Of a stretch of DNA of 64,000 bases, positions 1 to 7,475 are shown in pieces. Under the pieces are notes generated by a model, which was not told the origin of the DNA, did no database searches, and saw nothing but the letters and a program-made list of their open reading frames with translations. Source of the DNA: an uncultured Spirochaetales bacterium (GTDB lineage Bacteria > Spirochaetota > Spirochaetia > Treponematales > JBGSOB01); contig CAYYCP010000006.1 in assembly GCA_964470375.1 (NCBI GenBank), positions 524-64,523 of the forward strand. The letters run 5' to 3'. The number at the start of each line of letters is the position of its first letter. Positions within the stretch are counted from its first letter, which is position 1. The position numbers and the translations under genes are program-made.

Positions 1-531
1 CATTCTTCCACTCGATGTCTCCGAGAAGGAGGTCCTTGAAGACCGTGGATTCCTCCAGGGGAATTCTCAAGCGGATCACGTGGCGCTCGCCCGCCTCTGT
101 ACGTCGCCTGGCCTCATCGGTCGGAAGGGATCGGCAGAGCCGGTCATAGCCGCTCCCCGACTTGCTGGCCTCCTGGGCCCGGCGCATCTCCTCGAGCCGC
201 TCCGGTCCGCAGAAGCAGGGATAAGCCATGCCGCGCTCGACTAGGTCGCGGGCGTGTCTCCGATAGAGTTCGGAGCACTGGGACTGAATGTAGGGACCTA
301 CCGGCCCTCCGACATCCGGTCCCTCGTCCCAGGCAATCCCGAGCCATCTGAAGGTCTCATAGAGGTTCTGCACGAATTCGTCCGTGGAGCGGGCCTGGTC
401 CGTATCCTCGATGCGGAGAATGAAGGTACCCCCGGCGGACTTGGCGTAGATGTAATTGAGGAGGGCCGTCCGTACAGAGCCGATATGTTGGAGCCCGGTC
501 GGCGAGGGCGCGTATCGAACGCGTACGCTCA
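1..531 (-). CDS. gltX: Glutamate--tRNA ligase, N-terminal part (gene runs off the left edge)
   Basis: Minus-strand translation from ATG 531 gives MSVRVRYAPSPTGLQHIGSVRTALLNYIYA...AYPCFCGPERLEE...VIRLRIP (class I HIGH-type motif). The frame is open to position 1, so it is absent from the ORF track. AGGAG SD lies 5 nt upstream. Confidence 0.85.
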
Positions 532-560
532 TGTCTTCTCCTGTCGCTGGCGATGTGCGG

Positions 561-590
561 AGTATAGTCGTCCGGGCAAAACCGGGTCAA
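561..590 (-). promoter_or_regulatory. Predicted sigma70-type promoter for gltX (TTGACC-18-TATACT)
   Basis: Minus strand reads TTGACC (590-585), an 18-nt spacer, then TATACT (566-561). This leaves a ~25-nt leader containing the AGGAG SD before ATG 531. Confidence 0.55.
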
Positions 591-598
591 GGACGGCC

Positions 599-961
599 TC
601 AGTGTATGAATGAATCGATGAAAAAGGCCGCCAAAGACAGGGCCGCGCTGAAGGCGGCCGCCAGGAGGTAGCCGCCCAGGCCCGTCAGCCTGCGCCAAAC
701 CGGCTCGTTCCAACGGCTGATTGCCAAAAATGCCAGGCCCACCAGGGAGACGGCCGTAGAAGCCAAGGACACCCAGCGTGCCAGAGCCAGGAGCATGGCC
801 TGAGTTGAATCGAGAAAGAGCTGTAGATTACCGATGACGTAGAGGTATGCCGAAATGAGGCTCGCCAGGACCATCACGATGGCCAAGCGCTTAACGAAGA
901 GCCGGGCCGGCGATTTCCTTACGGGCCTGGCCCGCGACCGTGACGGCCTAGCTCCTCTCAT
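599..961 (-). CDS. Hypothetical small membrane protein
   Basis: 120-aa ORF with a basic N-terminus followed by about three hydrophobic helices (LAIVMVLASLISAYLYVIG..., LASTAVSLVGLAFLAI..., GGYLLAAAFSAALSLAAFFI). A TAGAAT box lies 9 nt upstream of the ATG. Confidence 0.5.
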   Translation of the reverse strand: MRGARPSRSRARPVRKSPARLFVKRLAIVMVLASLISAYLYVIGNLQLFLDSTQAMLLALARWVSLASTAVSLVGLAFLAISRWNEPVWRRLTGLGGYLLAAAFSAALSLAAFFIDSFIH

Positions 962-990
962 CGTCCTTCCATTCTAAACGCTTTTCCTTT

Positions 991-1842
991 ATGATGGAAG
1001 TACGCATGCGACGCAACAAGGCCGTTCTATCCATCATACTCGTCGCCGCCGCCTCGGCGGCCGTCTTCTTCACCGGCTGGATCCAACTCAGGATCCCTGC
1101 GGGCTCATACGCCCTAGCTGTAAGCAAGACCGGCGGCTGGGGCGAGCGTCTCATAGCCCCAGGCAGCTTCGCCTGGACCTGGGAGGCCCTCCTGCCCACC
1201 AACCTCGAATTGCGCTGCTTCCGCTTGAGAAGCCTTTCCGAGCCCTTCTCGGCCCGGGGCGAGCTGCCCCAGGCCGCGGTCTATTCCGCCTTCATCCCCG
1301 AGCGGCCCTCATTCGCTTACTCCATATCAGGCCGAGTCAGCCTGGCCCCCTCCCCGGAGAGCCTGCCGGCCGTCATCCGCGCCGCATCCCTGCGTGACCA
1401 GACCGGCCTTGAGGAATGGCTGCGCGGCCAAGCCCGCCAAGCCGGCCTTCGTGCCGGCGAGCTGTTGGGCAGGGCGGCTTCCGCGGAGGACATCGTCTCC
1501 CTCATGGACGAAGGCCGGGACGGCCTCCAGGCGCGCATCCTCTCCCAGCTGCGCTCCGCCTTCCCCACTGTCGTGATCGAGTCTATCGAGATCGAGAGCT
1601 TGAGCCTGCCTGACTACCGCCTCTACACCCAGGCCAGATCCCTCTACTCGGCCTACCTTGACGCTAAGGCCGCCTACCTGGATCCGGTCATCAAGGAGCT
1701 CGCCGAGAACGCCGCCCGCGACGAGTACGAGCTGGACTCCCTGGAGCGCTACGGCGAGTTGCTGACGCGCTACCCGGTGCTCATCGACTACCTTGCCATA
1801 AAGCGCGGCCTCAGGCCCGGCGCCTCGGCCGGAGAGGATTGA
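991..1842 (+). CDS. Membrane-anchored protein, weakly SPFH/band-7-like
   Basis: 283-aa ORF with an N-terminal anchor (AVLSIILVAAASAAVFFTGW), then a by-eye prohibitin-like pattern and a C-terminal helical region. The start may instead be ATG 1006. Confidence 0.55.
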   Translation: MMEVRMRRNKAVLSIILVAAASAAVFFTGWIQLRIPAGSYALAVSKTGGWGERLIAPGSFAWTWEALLPTNLELRCFRLRSLSEPFSARGELPQAAVYSAFIPERPSFAYSISGRVSLAPSPESLPAVIRAASLRDQTGLEEWLRGQARQAGLRAGELLGRAASAEDIVSLMDEGRDGLQARILSQLRSAFPTVVIESIEIESLSLPDYRLYTQARSLYSAYLDAKAAYLDPVIKELAENAARDEYELDSLERYGELLTRYPVLIDYLAIKRGLRPGASAGED

Positions 1843-1843
1843 A

Positions 1844-2347
1844 GTGGAATACTTCTTCAATTTCGACAAGATGGAATACCTCTCCGGGAAGCGTTACCCA
1901 GGCTGTATCCTGTGCGGCGTCCGTGACAAAACCGAGGGCATTCTGGACCTGACCGTCTATGAGAACGAATTCCACATCGTCTCGGTCAATCTCTACCCCT
2001 ATAATCCAGGCCACCTCATCATCTTCCCGCGCCGCCACCTCACCGACCTGCGCCGCCTCAGCGCCGACGAGCGCATTTCCTTGGACGAGACCATCGACCT
2101 CTGCCTCTCCATCTTGGATTCCACCCACACCCCCGCGGGCTATAACATCGGCATGAACATGGGCCTGCAATCAGGGGCTTCCATCGAACATATCCACTAC
2201 CACGTCATCCCGCGCTACCCGCGCGAGATAGGCATATCCGAGCTCCTGGCCGGCAAGCGCGTCTTGGTCGAAGACCCGCGGGTGACCCAGGAACGCCTGA
2301 GGGCGGCCTTCAGCAGGGTGCCGCCCCTGGGTGAAAGCTCCCTCTAG
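1844..2347 (+). CDS. HIT family nucleotide hydrolase/transferase
   Basis: Histidine-triad motif IEHIHYHVIPRY plus an N-terminal CxxC (GCILCG). GTG start preceded by a GGAGAGGA SD. Confidence 0.85.
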   Translation: MEYFFNFDKMEYLSGKRYPGCILCGVRDKTEGILDLTVYENEFHIVSVNLYPYNPGHLIIFPRRHLTDLRRLSADERISLDETIDLCLSILDSTHTPAGYNIGMNMGLQSGASIEHIHYHVIPRYPREIGISELLAGKRVLVEDPRVTQERLRAAFSRVPPLGESSL

Positions 2348-2404
2348 CTGGCGTCAGGGGAAGCGCGTCTCTGTGCCCGCCCCCGCCATCGGCCGGCATC
2401 GGCG

Positions 2405-3034
2405 TCATTCCCCATCCTGATAGGGACGCAGGACCAGAGCCCTTCCCCGTAGGGTCTCCAGGACGACCCGGCCGCCCTCGGCCCGGTTCGAGAGGCTCAT
2501 GAAGCCGCGCGGGAATTCCAGGCCGTCCAGCGGCCAATGCAGCCCCTCGCTCTTCATCATCAGCGGCTCGGCCCCCAGGGGCATGATGGAAACCCGCTCC
2601 CCGGGGCCGGCCTCGAATTCCAGCCTGCCATCAAGGCGTAAGGCCCTATCATCCGGCAGGTACCACTCCTCCGGAGCCCTCACGCGCTCGAAGAGGCCTA
2701 GGAGAGCCCCCAGGTGATCCAGCCGCCCGCCCCCGCCTCCCAGGAAGGCCACCCGCTCACAACCGCGCTCCCAGGCCAGGCGCAGGCAGAGTTCGGCGTC
2801 AGACTCATCCTTGTCCCGGGGAAAACGCAAAATCTGGCTTTGCGGATACTCTTCAAGAACAGCCTCATCTCCGATGGAGTCCATGTCGCCGGTTATCAGG
2901 TGGGGTCGTAGGCCCCATTCGCGTAGGCGCAGGAGGCCCGAGTCCGCGGCTATCAGGTAGTCGGCGGAGGCGATGATTCCTTTAGCCCGCTGGGCCTCCG
3001 GCGCCTCTCCCCCGAGGCAGATGAGGGCTTTCAT
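2405..3034 (-). CDS. thiN: Thiamine pyrophosphokinase
   Basis: MKALICLGGEAPE...ADYLIAADSGL...HLITGDMDSI...FPRDKDESDAEL...FLGGGGGRLDH is the TPK pattern. The ORF track extends to 3127, but ATG 3034 gives the family-typical N-terminus and sits 7 nt after a -10 box. Confidence 0.8.
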   Translation of the reverse strand: MKALICLGGEAPEAQRAKGIIASADYLIAADSGLLRLREWGLRPHLITGDMDSIGDEAVLEEYPQSQILRFPRDKDESDAELCLRLAWERGCERVAFLGGGGGRLDHLGALLGLFERVRAPEEWYLPDDRALRLDGRLEFEAGPGERVSIMPLGAEPLMMKSEGLHWPLDGLEFPRGFMSLSNRAEGGRVVLETLRGRALVLRPYQDGE

Positions 3035-3041
3035 TGCCTGG

Positions 3042-3070
3042 ACTATGTCCCGCATCATGGCGGCGGTCAA
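3042..3070 (-). promoter_or_regulatory. Predicted promoter TTGACC-17-CATAGT, 7 nt before thiN ATG (leaderless geometry)
   Basis: Minus strand: TTGACC (3070-3065), 17-nt spacer, CATAGT (3047-3042), 7 nt, ATG at 3034. No SD is present. Confidence 0.5.
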
Positions 3071-3093
3071 GCCCGGGAGCCTGCCACCAAGGC

Positions 3094-3123
3094 TTGCGCC
3101 CCCGCGGTGGCCTCGGCTAGGAT
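3094..3123 (+). promoter_or_regulatory. Predicted promoter TTGCGC-18-TAGGAT, 7 nt before cca ATG (leaderless geometry)
   Basis: TTGCGC 3094-3099, 18-nt spacer, TAGGAT 3118-3123, 7 nt, ATG 3131. No SD is present. Confidence 0.5.
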
Positions 3124-3130
3124 CCATGCC

Positions 3131-4480
3131 ATGTTCAGGATCCCCGGCCTCATGGCCGACTTCGCTAAGGTTCTCTCAGCCGGGGGCTTCCAATGTTGGC
3201 TGGTGGGCGGCTCCGTCCGCGACATGGCTCGCGGCCACCCCCCCGGCGACTTCGACGTGGCCACGGACGCCAGGCCGGAGGATGTGATGCGCCTCTTCCG
3301 CTCTGTCATACCCACCGGCATAAAGCACGGCACGGTCACGGTGCGCTTTCGCGGCCACTCGATAGAGACCACCACCTTCCGCGCCGAGGAAGGCTATAGC
3401 GACGGGCGGCACCCCGACCGGGTCGAATTCAAAGGCGACATCCAGGCCGACCTCTCCAGGCGGGACTTCACCATGAACGCCATGGCCCTGGACTGTATCA
3501 GCGGCCGTCTCCTTGATCCCTGGAAGGGTATGAAGGACATCAAGGCCCGCCTCATCCGTGCCGTCGGTGATCCCCTCGTACGCTTCGATGAGGACGGCCT
3601 CAGGCCCCTGCGGGCCATCCGCTTCGCTTCTGTGATGGGCTTCTCTATAGAGACCGCCACCCTGGCGGCAATCTCGGCGCGCCGGGGGCGTATCCGCATG
3701 GTAGCCCAGGAACGCGTCCGCGAGGAGCTCTGCAAGGCCATTTCCGGGCAGGAGGTATTGGCCGGCCTTCACCTCCTCGACTCGACCAGACTCCTCGACG
3801 ACATCCTTCCGGAATTGGCTTGCCTGCGCGGCCTTGAACAATCGCCGCCCCACCGCTTCGACGCCCTGGAGCACTCCTTCCGCGCCTGCGCCCTCTCCGC
3901 GCCGACCCAAACTGTGCGCTGGGCGGCCCTCCTCCACGATTGCGGGAAGGCCAGCGCCCGCCGCGAAGATCAATCCGGCATCGTCTCTTTCTTCGGGCAC
4001 GAGGTCCTGTCCGCCGATCTCGCGCGTCAGGCCCTTACCCGTCTCAGGTTCCCACGTGATTTCATCGAAGAGGTGGTCAGCCTCATTTCTCTTCACATGC
4101 AGCGCTACGATGAATCCTGGACCGATGCGGCCGTGCGCCGCCTGATCGCCCGGGCCGGGACTAAGCGCATCGGGGCGCTTCTGGATCTCATCGAGGCTGA
4201 CGAGGGCGGACTGACCGGTACGTCCCCTTCCCGGGGCTTCTCGAGGGCCCTGCGCGAGCGCGTGGAGTCCCTAATGGCCCGTGAGGCGGCCTTCGGCCTC
4301 AAGGACCTGGCCATAGGCGGGGAGGATCTCAAGGCCCTGGGGCTGAAGCCCGGCCCGGCCATGGGGCGGGTCCTGGGCGAGCTTTTAGAGGCCGTACTCG
4401 ACGATCCCTCCCTGAACGAGCATGAGCGCCTCAGGCTCATCGCCTCCAGGATCATCGAGCGCGATGGGCATGCCGGCTAG
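3131..4480 (+). CDS. cca: CCA-adding tRNA nucleotidyltransferase / poly(A) polymerase family with HD domain
   Basis: MFRIPGLMADFAKVLSAGGFQCWLVGGSVRD...GDFDVAT...RRDFTMNAMA, plus a C-terminal HD region (LLHDCGK). The ORF track starts at GTG 3107; ATG 3131 is preferred on N-terminal length and promoter geometry. Confidence 0.85.
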   Translation: MFRIPGLMADFAKVLSAGGFQCWLVGGSVRDMARGHPPGDFDVATDARPEDVMRLFRSVIPTGIKHGTVTVRFRGHSIETTTFRAEEGYSDGRHPDRVEFKGDIQADLSRRDFTMNAMALDCISGRLLDPWKGMKDIKARLIRAVGDPLVRFDEDGLRPLRAIRFASVMGFSIETATLAAISARRGRIRMVAQERVREELCKAISGQEVLAGLHLLDSTRLLDDILPELACLRGLEQSPPHRFDALEHSFRACALSAPTQTVRWAALLHDCGKASARREDQSGIVSFFGHEVLSADLARQALTRLRFPRDFIEEVVSLISLHMQRYDESWTDAAVRRLIARAGTKRIGALLDLIEADEGGLTGTSPSRGFSRALRERVESLMAREAAFGLKDLAIGGEDLKALGLKPGPAMGRVLGELLEAVLDDPSLNEHERLRLIASRIIERDGHAG

Positions 4481-5232
4481 AGGCTGTCGCGCTCCAGGGC
4501 CTTCAGGGCCTCGGCCTCGCGCCCGCCTGCGGCCATGATGGCCTCGAATGCCAGGCGAGCCGCCTTCTGCTCGGCCTCTTTCTTGCTCCGTCCCTCGGCC
4601 GGCGGGAATTGCCGTCCATCGGCCTCAAGGCGGAATGTGAAAATCTTCTCATGGTCGGGACCGGAGCGCCCCAGCATGGCGTAGCGCGGAGGGGCCTTCT
4701 GGGTGCGTTGGAAGAATTCCTGGATGATAGTCTTGTAATCGCGCTTGTGGCGGTGCGAGAGGACCTTCTGTATCTCCGGCACCAGGAGTCGTAGGACGAA
4801 TTTTCTGGCTCCGGCGAAACCGTTTTCCAGGTAACAGGCTCCTATCAGGGCCTCTAGGGCGTCCGCCAGGATGGCCTTCTTGGATCGCCCGCCTGAGAGC
4901 TCCTCGCCCTTGCCCATGCAGAGGAGGGCATCCAAGCCTAGATCCAAGGCTATGCCCGAGAGGCATTCCTCCGAGACCACGAATGACTTTATGCGGGCCA
5001 GCTCTCCCTCGGCCCTGTCGCTCAGCTCGGAGTAGAGCCATGAGGCCACCGAGGCTCCCAGGATGGAGTCTCCGAGGAATTCCAGGCGTTCGTTGTTCCT
5101 GTCGCGCTTGATGCGCTGCTCGGCGCTGGCGGAACGATGCGTCAGGGCCGTATCCAAGAGGCCCTGGTCCTTGAAGCGGAGCCCAAGGGAACGCGAAAAG
5201 GCCGCCAGGGCGCGCTTGCGCTCAGGCGGCAT
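4477..5232 (-). CDS. rnc: Ribonuclease III
   Basis: RNase III signature NERLEFLGDSILG plus a C-terminal dsRBD (GPDHEKIFTF...GRSKKEAEQKAA). Confidence 0.92.
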   Translation of the reverse strand: MPPERKRALAAFSRSLGLRFKDQGLLDTALTHRSASAEQRIKRDRNNERLEFLGDSILGASVASWLYSELSDRAEGELARIKSFVVSEECLSGIALDLGLDALLCMGKGEELSGGRSKKAILADALEALIGACYLENGFAGARKFVLRLLVPEIQKVLSHRHKRDYKTIIQEFFQRTQKAPPRYAMLGRSGPDHEKIFTFRLEADGRQFPPAEGRSKKEAEQKAARLAFEAIMAAGGREAEALKALERDSL

Positions 5233-5272
5233 CTTCTCGGCGCGGATCGGGGGCTTCCGCCCCCTCTCCGTC

Positions 5273-5509
5273 TTATTTCTGCTGGGACTTGATGTAGTTA
5301 TACGCGTCGCCTACGGTCTCGAACTCGTTGGCCTTCTCGTCGGGGATCTGGATGCCCATCTCCTCCTCGATGGCGTAGACGAGCTCGTAGGTGTCAAGGG
5401 AATCCGCGCCCAGGTCTTGGCGGAAGGATGCCTCCATGGTGACCTTGCTGGCGTCGATCTCGAGTTTCTCGGTGATGAGTTTCTTCATCTTCTCGAACAG
5501 TTCGTCCAT
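5273..5509 (-). CDS. acpP: Acyl carrier protein
   Basis: 78 aa with the phosphopantetheine site LGADSLDTYELV. AAGGAG SD upstream. Confidence 0.92.
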   Translation of the reverse strand: MDELFEKMKKLITEKLEIDASKVTMEASFRQDLGADSLDTYELVYAIEEEMGIQIPDEKANEFETVGDAYNYIKSQQK

Positions 5510-5520
5510 GGTCGGCTCCT

Positions 5521-5706
5521 TTAGGCCTTGCTTTCAGGGGAGAGCACTTGCTTCCCGCGATAGAATCCGCACTTGCAGACCCGGTGGAGCAGCATGCGGT
5601 TGCCGCAATTGGGACATTCGACCAGGGTGGGCCCGGTCAGCTTCATGTTGATGGACCGGCGCCTCTTGGTCCGGGCCTTGGAAGTTTTATATTTAGGTAC
5701 GGCCAT
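5521..5706 (-). CDS. rpmF: 50S ribosomal protein L32
   Basis: [18 protein letters not shown]... with CPNCG...C zinc-ribbon cysteines. Confidence 0.9.
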   Translation of the reverse strand: MAVPKYKTSKARTKRRRSINMKLTGPTLVECPNCGNRMLLHRVCKCGFYRGKQVLSPESKA

Positions 5707-5755
5707 ATGGAAACCTCGCTCTCTTCCCGGGTATTACCCTCGAAATTCAAGCGCG

Positions 5756-5785
5756 ATCGTATCTTATGGCCGGCTGGACTGTCAA
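5756..5785 (-). promoter_or_regulatory. Predicted promoter for the rpmF-acpP-rnc unit (TTGACA-18-TACGAT)
   Basis: Minus strand: TTGACA (5785-5780), 18-nt spacer, TACGAT (5761-5756). Leaves a ~43-nt leader with a GAGG SD. Confidence 0.5.
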
Positions 5786-5819
5786 GGCGGGCAGACTGAA
5801 GGACATCGCCTGGCCTGGT

Positions 5820-5848
5820 TTGACCTGTTCCCTGCGAGAGCTTAAGCT
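5820..5848 (+). promoter_or_regulatory. Predicted promoter TTGACC-17-TAAGCT, 9 nt before ATG 5858
   Basis: TTGACC 5820-5825, 17-nt spacer, TAAGCT 5843-5848. There is no SD before ATG 5858, so the transcript would be near-leaderless. Confidence 0.4.
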
Positions 5849-5857
5849 AGCATCAAC

Positions 5858-7474
5858 ATGCACGTCTTTTTCCCGGGGCGCCACCATATCTTGACCCGCT
5901 ACCAGGAGAGTTATCTATTCGGCCTTTGCGCAGCCGGGCCGGAGAGGGCTCTCGACCTGGAGGGCCGGCCCCTGGGTGAGGAGTTCGGGCCGATAGAGGG
6001 CATAATTTTCGCGGTCACGAGCGCCAACCACACCAACACCCGCCGGAACCCCCTGCCCTTCCACCTCCGGGCCATGGCCATCCAGGACCTGGCCTCGGGA
6101 CTGCCGGTTCCAGTCCAGGTCTACGGCATACCCGATGTAGGCGTCATCCCCGACTTCCCTGAACACTGCCTCAAGATGGTTCGCCATCTCTCCGACGGGC
6201 GGCTCGACCTATCTCCGTCTGCCTGCGCGGTGGCCTGCTCATCGGCCCTAGCCGAGGGCTATAAGGCCTTGGGCTACCGCATCCTCCCAGTCGAGCTGGC
6301 CGGCCCTGGCGACCAGCCCTTCAAGGAAGCCCCGCCCTGGGAGCTCGTGGAGAGGATCGCCTCGGACGGTCTGGGTTGGGACAGGGACGCCTGGCTCCTG
6401 GAGCGGATCCATCCCGCTTCCTTCAAGATCCTCAGGCTCTATGGTCTGGGGGAGCGCATCGCCATGCTCTTCTCCGACTCCCTCTTGGGCCAGGACGGCG
6501 ACATCACCGAGACCAGGGATTACGATGTCTACCTGCGCCAGATGGACGATATCGCCCAGCTCAAGTTCGATGAGACCAGGCCCTTCATCAAGCCCGGGCG
6601 TATCGGCGACATCGGCTGCGCCGCCGGCAGCTGGATCCGCCTGGCCTCCCGGGAGCCGGCCCTGCACGAAAGCGATTTCTACGGGGTGGAGGCGGCCCGC
6701 CAGCTCTACGCCCTGTGCGTCCAGCGCAAGGAAAACGGGGAATTCGCTAATCCCAACGTCTTCTTCTCCCAGCGTAACGCCGTTTTGGGCCCCTGCTTCC
6801 CTCCCGCCTCTATGGACACGGTGCACTCATCTTCCCTGACCCATGAGATAGAGAGCTATTCAGGACGTGAGAGCCTTCTTGCATTCATCCGCAATCGCTA
6901 CCTGGAGCTTGCCCCCGGGGGAGTCTGGATAAACCGCGATGTCCTGGGCCCGGAGGATGGGGAGCGGGAGATACTGCTCTGGCTGGACCCCACGGACGGG
7001 CGGAACGAGGGTTGGGATAGGCCGGCCCGGGACAGGCAGGAGCTAGGAACCATGCTGGCGGCCCTCTCGACACGCGCCCGCTTCAGGCGCTTCGCCATGG
7101 ATTTCCGGATACAGGACGGGCGGAGACTGGAAGGCGCCATCGAGTGCAGGAGCGTCCTCGTCGACGGCCAGGAGCATTTCCGCCTCAGCCTGCGGGATGC
7201 CTGCGAATACCTCTACAAGAAGGACTACATCGATAACTGGCAGAGCGAGATGCACGAGCGCTTCTGCTTCTGGGACCTGAGCCGATGGGTCGAGGCCGTC
7301 CGCGCCGCGGGCTTCATGGTTCTGCCCGCATCGCGTGCCTTCCGTAACGAATGGATCTTCGAGAATCGACTGCGCGGACGGGCTCGGCTCTTCCAGCAAA
7401 AAAAAGGGGAAATCGAAGAGCTCGATTTCCCCGTCAGTCACATGATCCTCGTCTGCGCCCGCGAACGGGCCTGA
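5858..7474 (+). CDS. Two-domain protein: NMNAT/cytidylyltransferase-like N-terminal domain fused to a class I SAM-dependent methyltransferase domain
   Basis: The N-terminus FFPGRHHILTRYQ...FAVTSANHTNTRRNPLPFHLRAMAI parallels archaeal NMNAT (GRxQPFHxGH...GSA...R.PF...ER). The middle carries SAM motif I, GRIGDIGCAAGSW. Confidence 0.7.
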   Translation: MHVFFPGRHHILTRYQESYLFGLCAAGPERALDLEGRPLGEEFGPIEGIIFAVTSANHTNTRRNPLPFHLRAMAIQDLASGLPVPVQVYGIPDVGVIPDFPEHCLKMVRHLSDGRLDLSPSACAVACSSALAEGYKALGYRILPVELAGPGDQPFKEAPPWELVERIASDGLGWDRDAWLLERIHPASFKILRLYGLGERIAMLFSDSLLGQDGDITETRDYDVYLRQMDDIAQLKFDETRPFIKPGRIGDIGCAAGSWIRLASREPALHESDFYGVEAARQLYALCVQRKENGEFANPNVFFSQRNAVLGPCFPPASMDTVHSSSLTHEIESYSGRESLLAFIRNRYLELAPGGVWINRDVLGPEDGEREILLWLDPTDGRNEGWDRPARDRQELGTMLAALSTRARFRRFAMDFRIQDGRRLEGAIECRSVLVDGQEHFRLSLRDACEYLYKKDYIDNWQSEMHERFCFWDLSRWVEAVRAAGFMVLPASRAFRNEWIFENRLRGRARLFQQKKGEIEELDFPVSHMILVCARERA

Positions 7475-7475
7475 C

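Noticed and set aside
3176-4096. 306-aa minus-strand ORF antisense to cca.
   Set aside because: Arg/Gly/Ala/Pro-rich composition typical of shadow ORFs in GC-rich DNA. It is fully contained within the well-supported cca gene.
4477-4480. Convergent cca and rnc share the palindromic CTAG, so their stop codons overlap.
   Set aside because: Real but trivial; no functional implication can be drawn.
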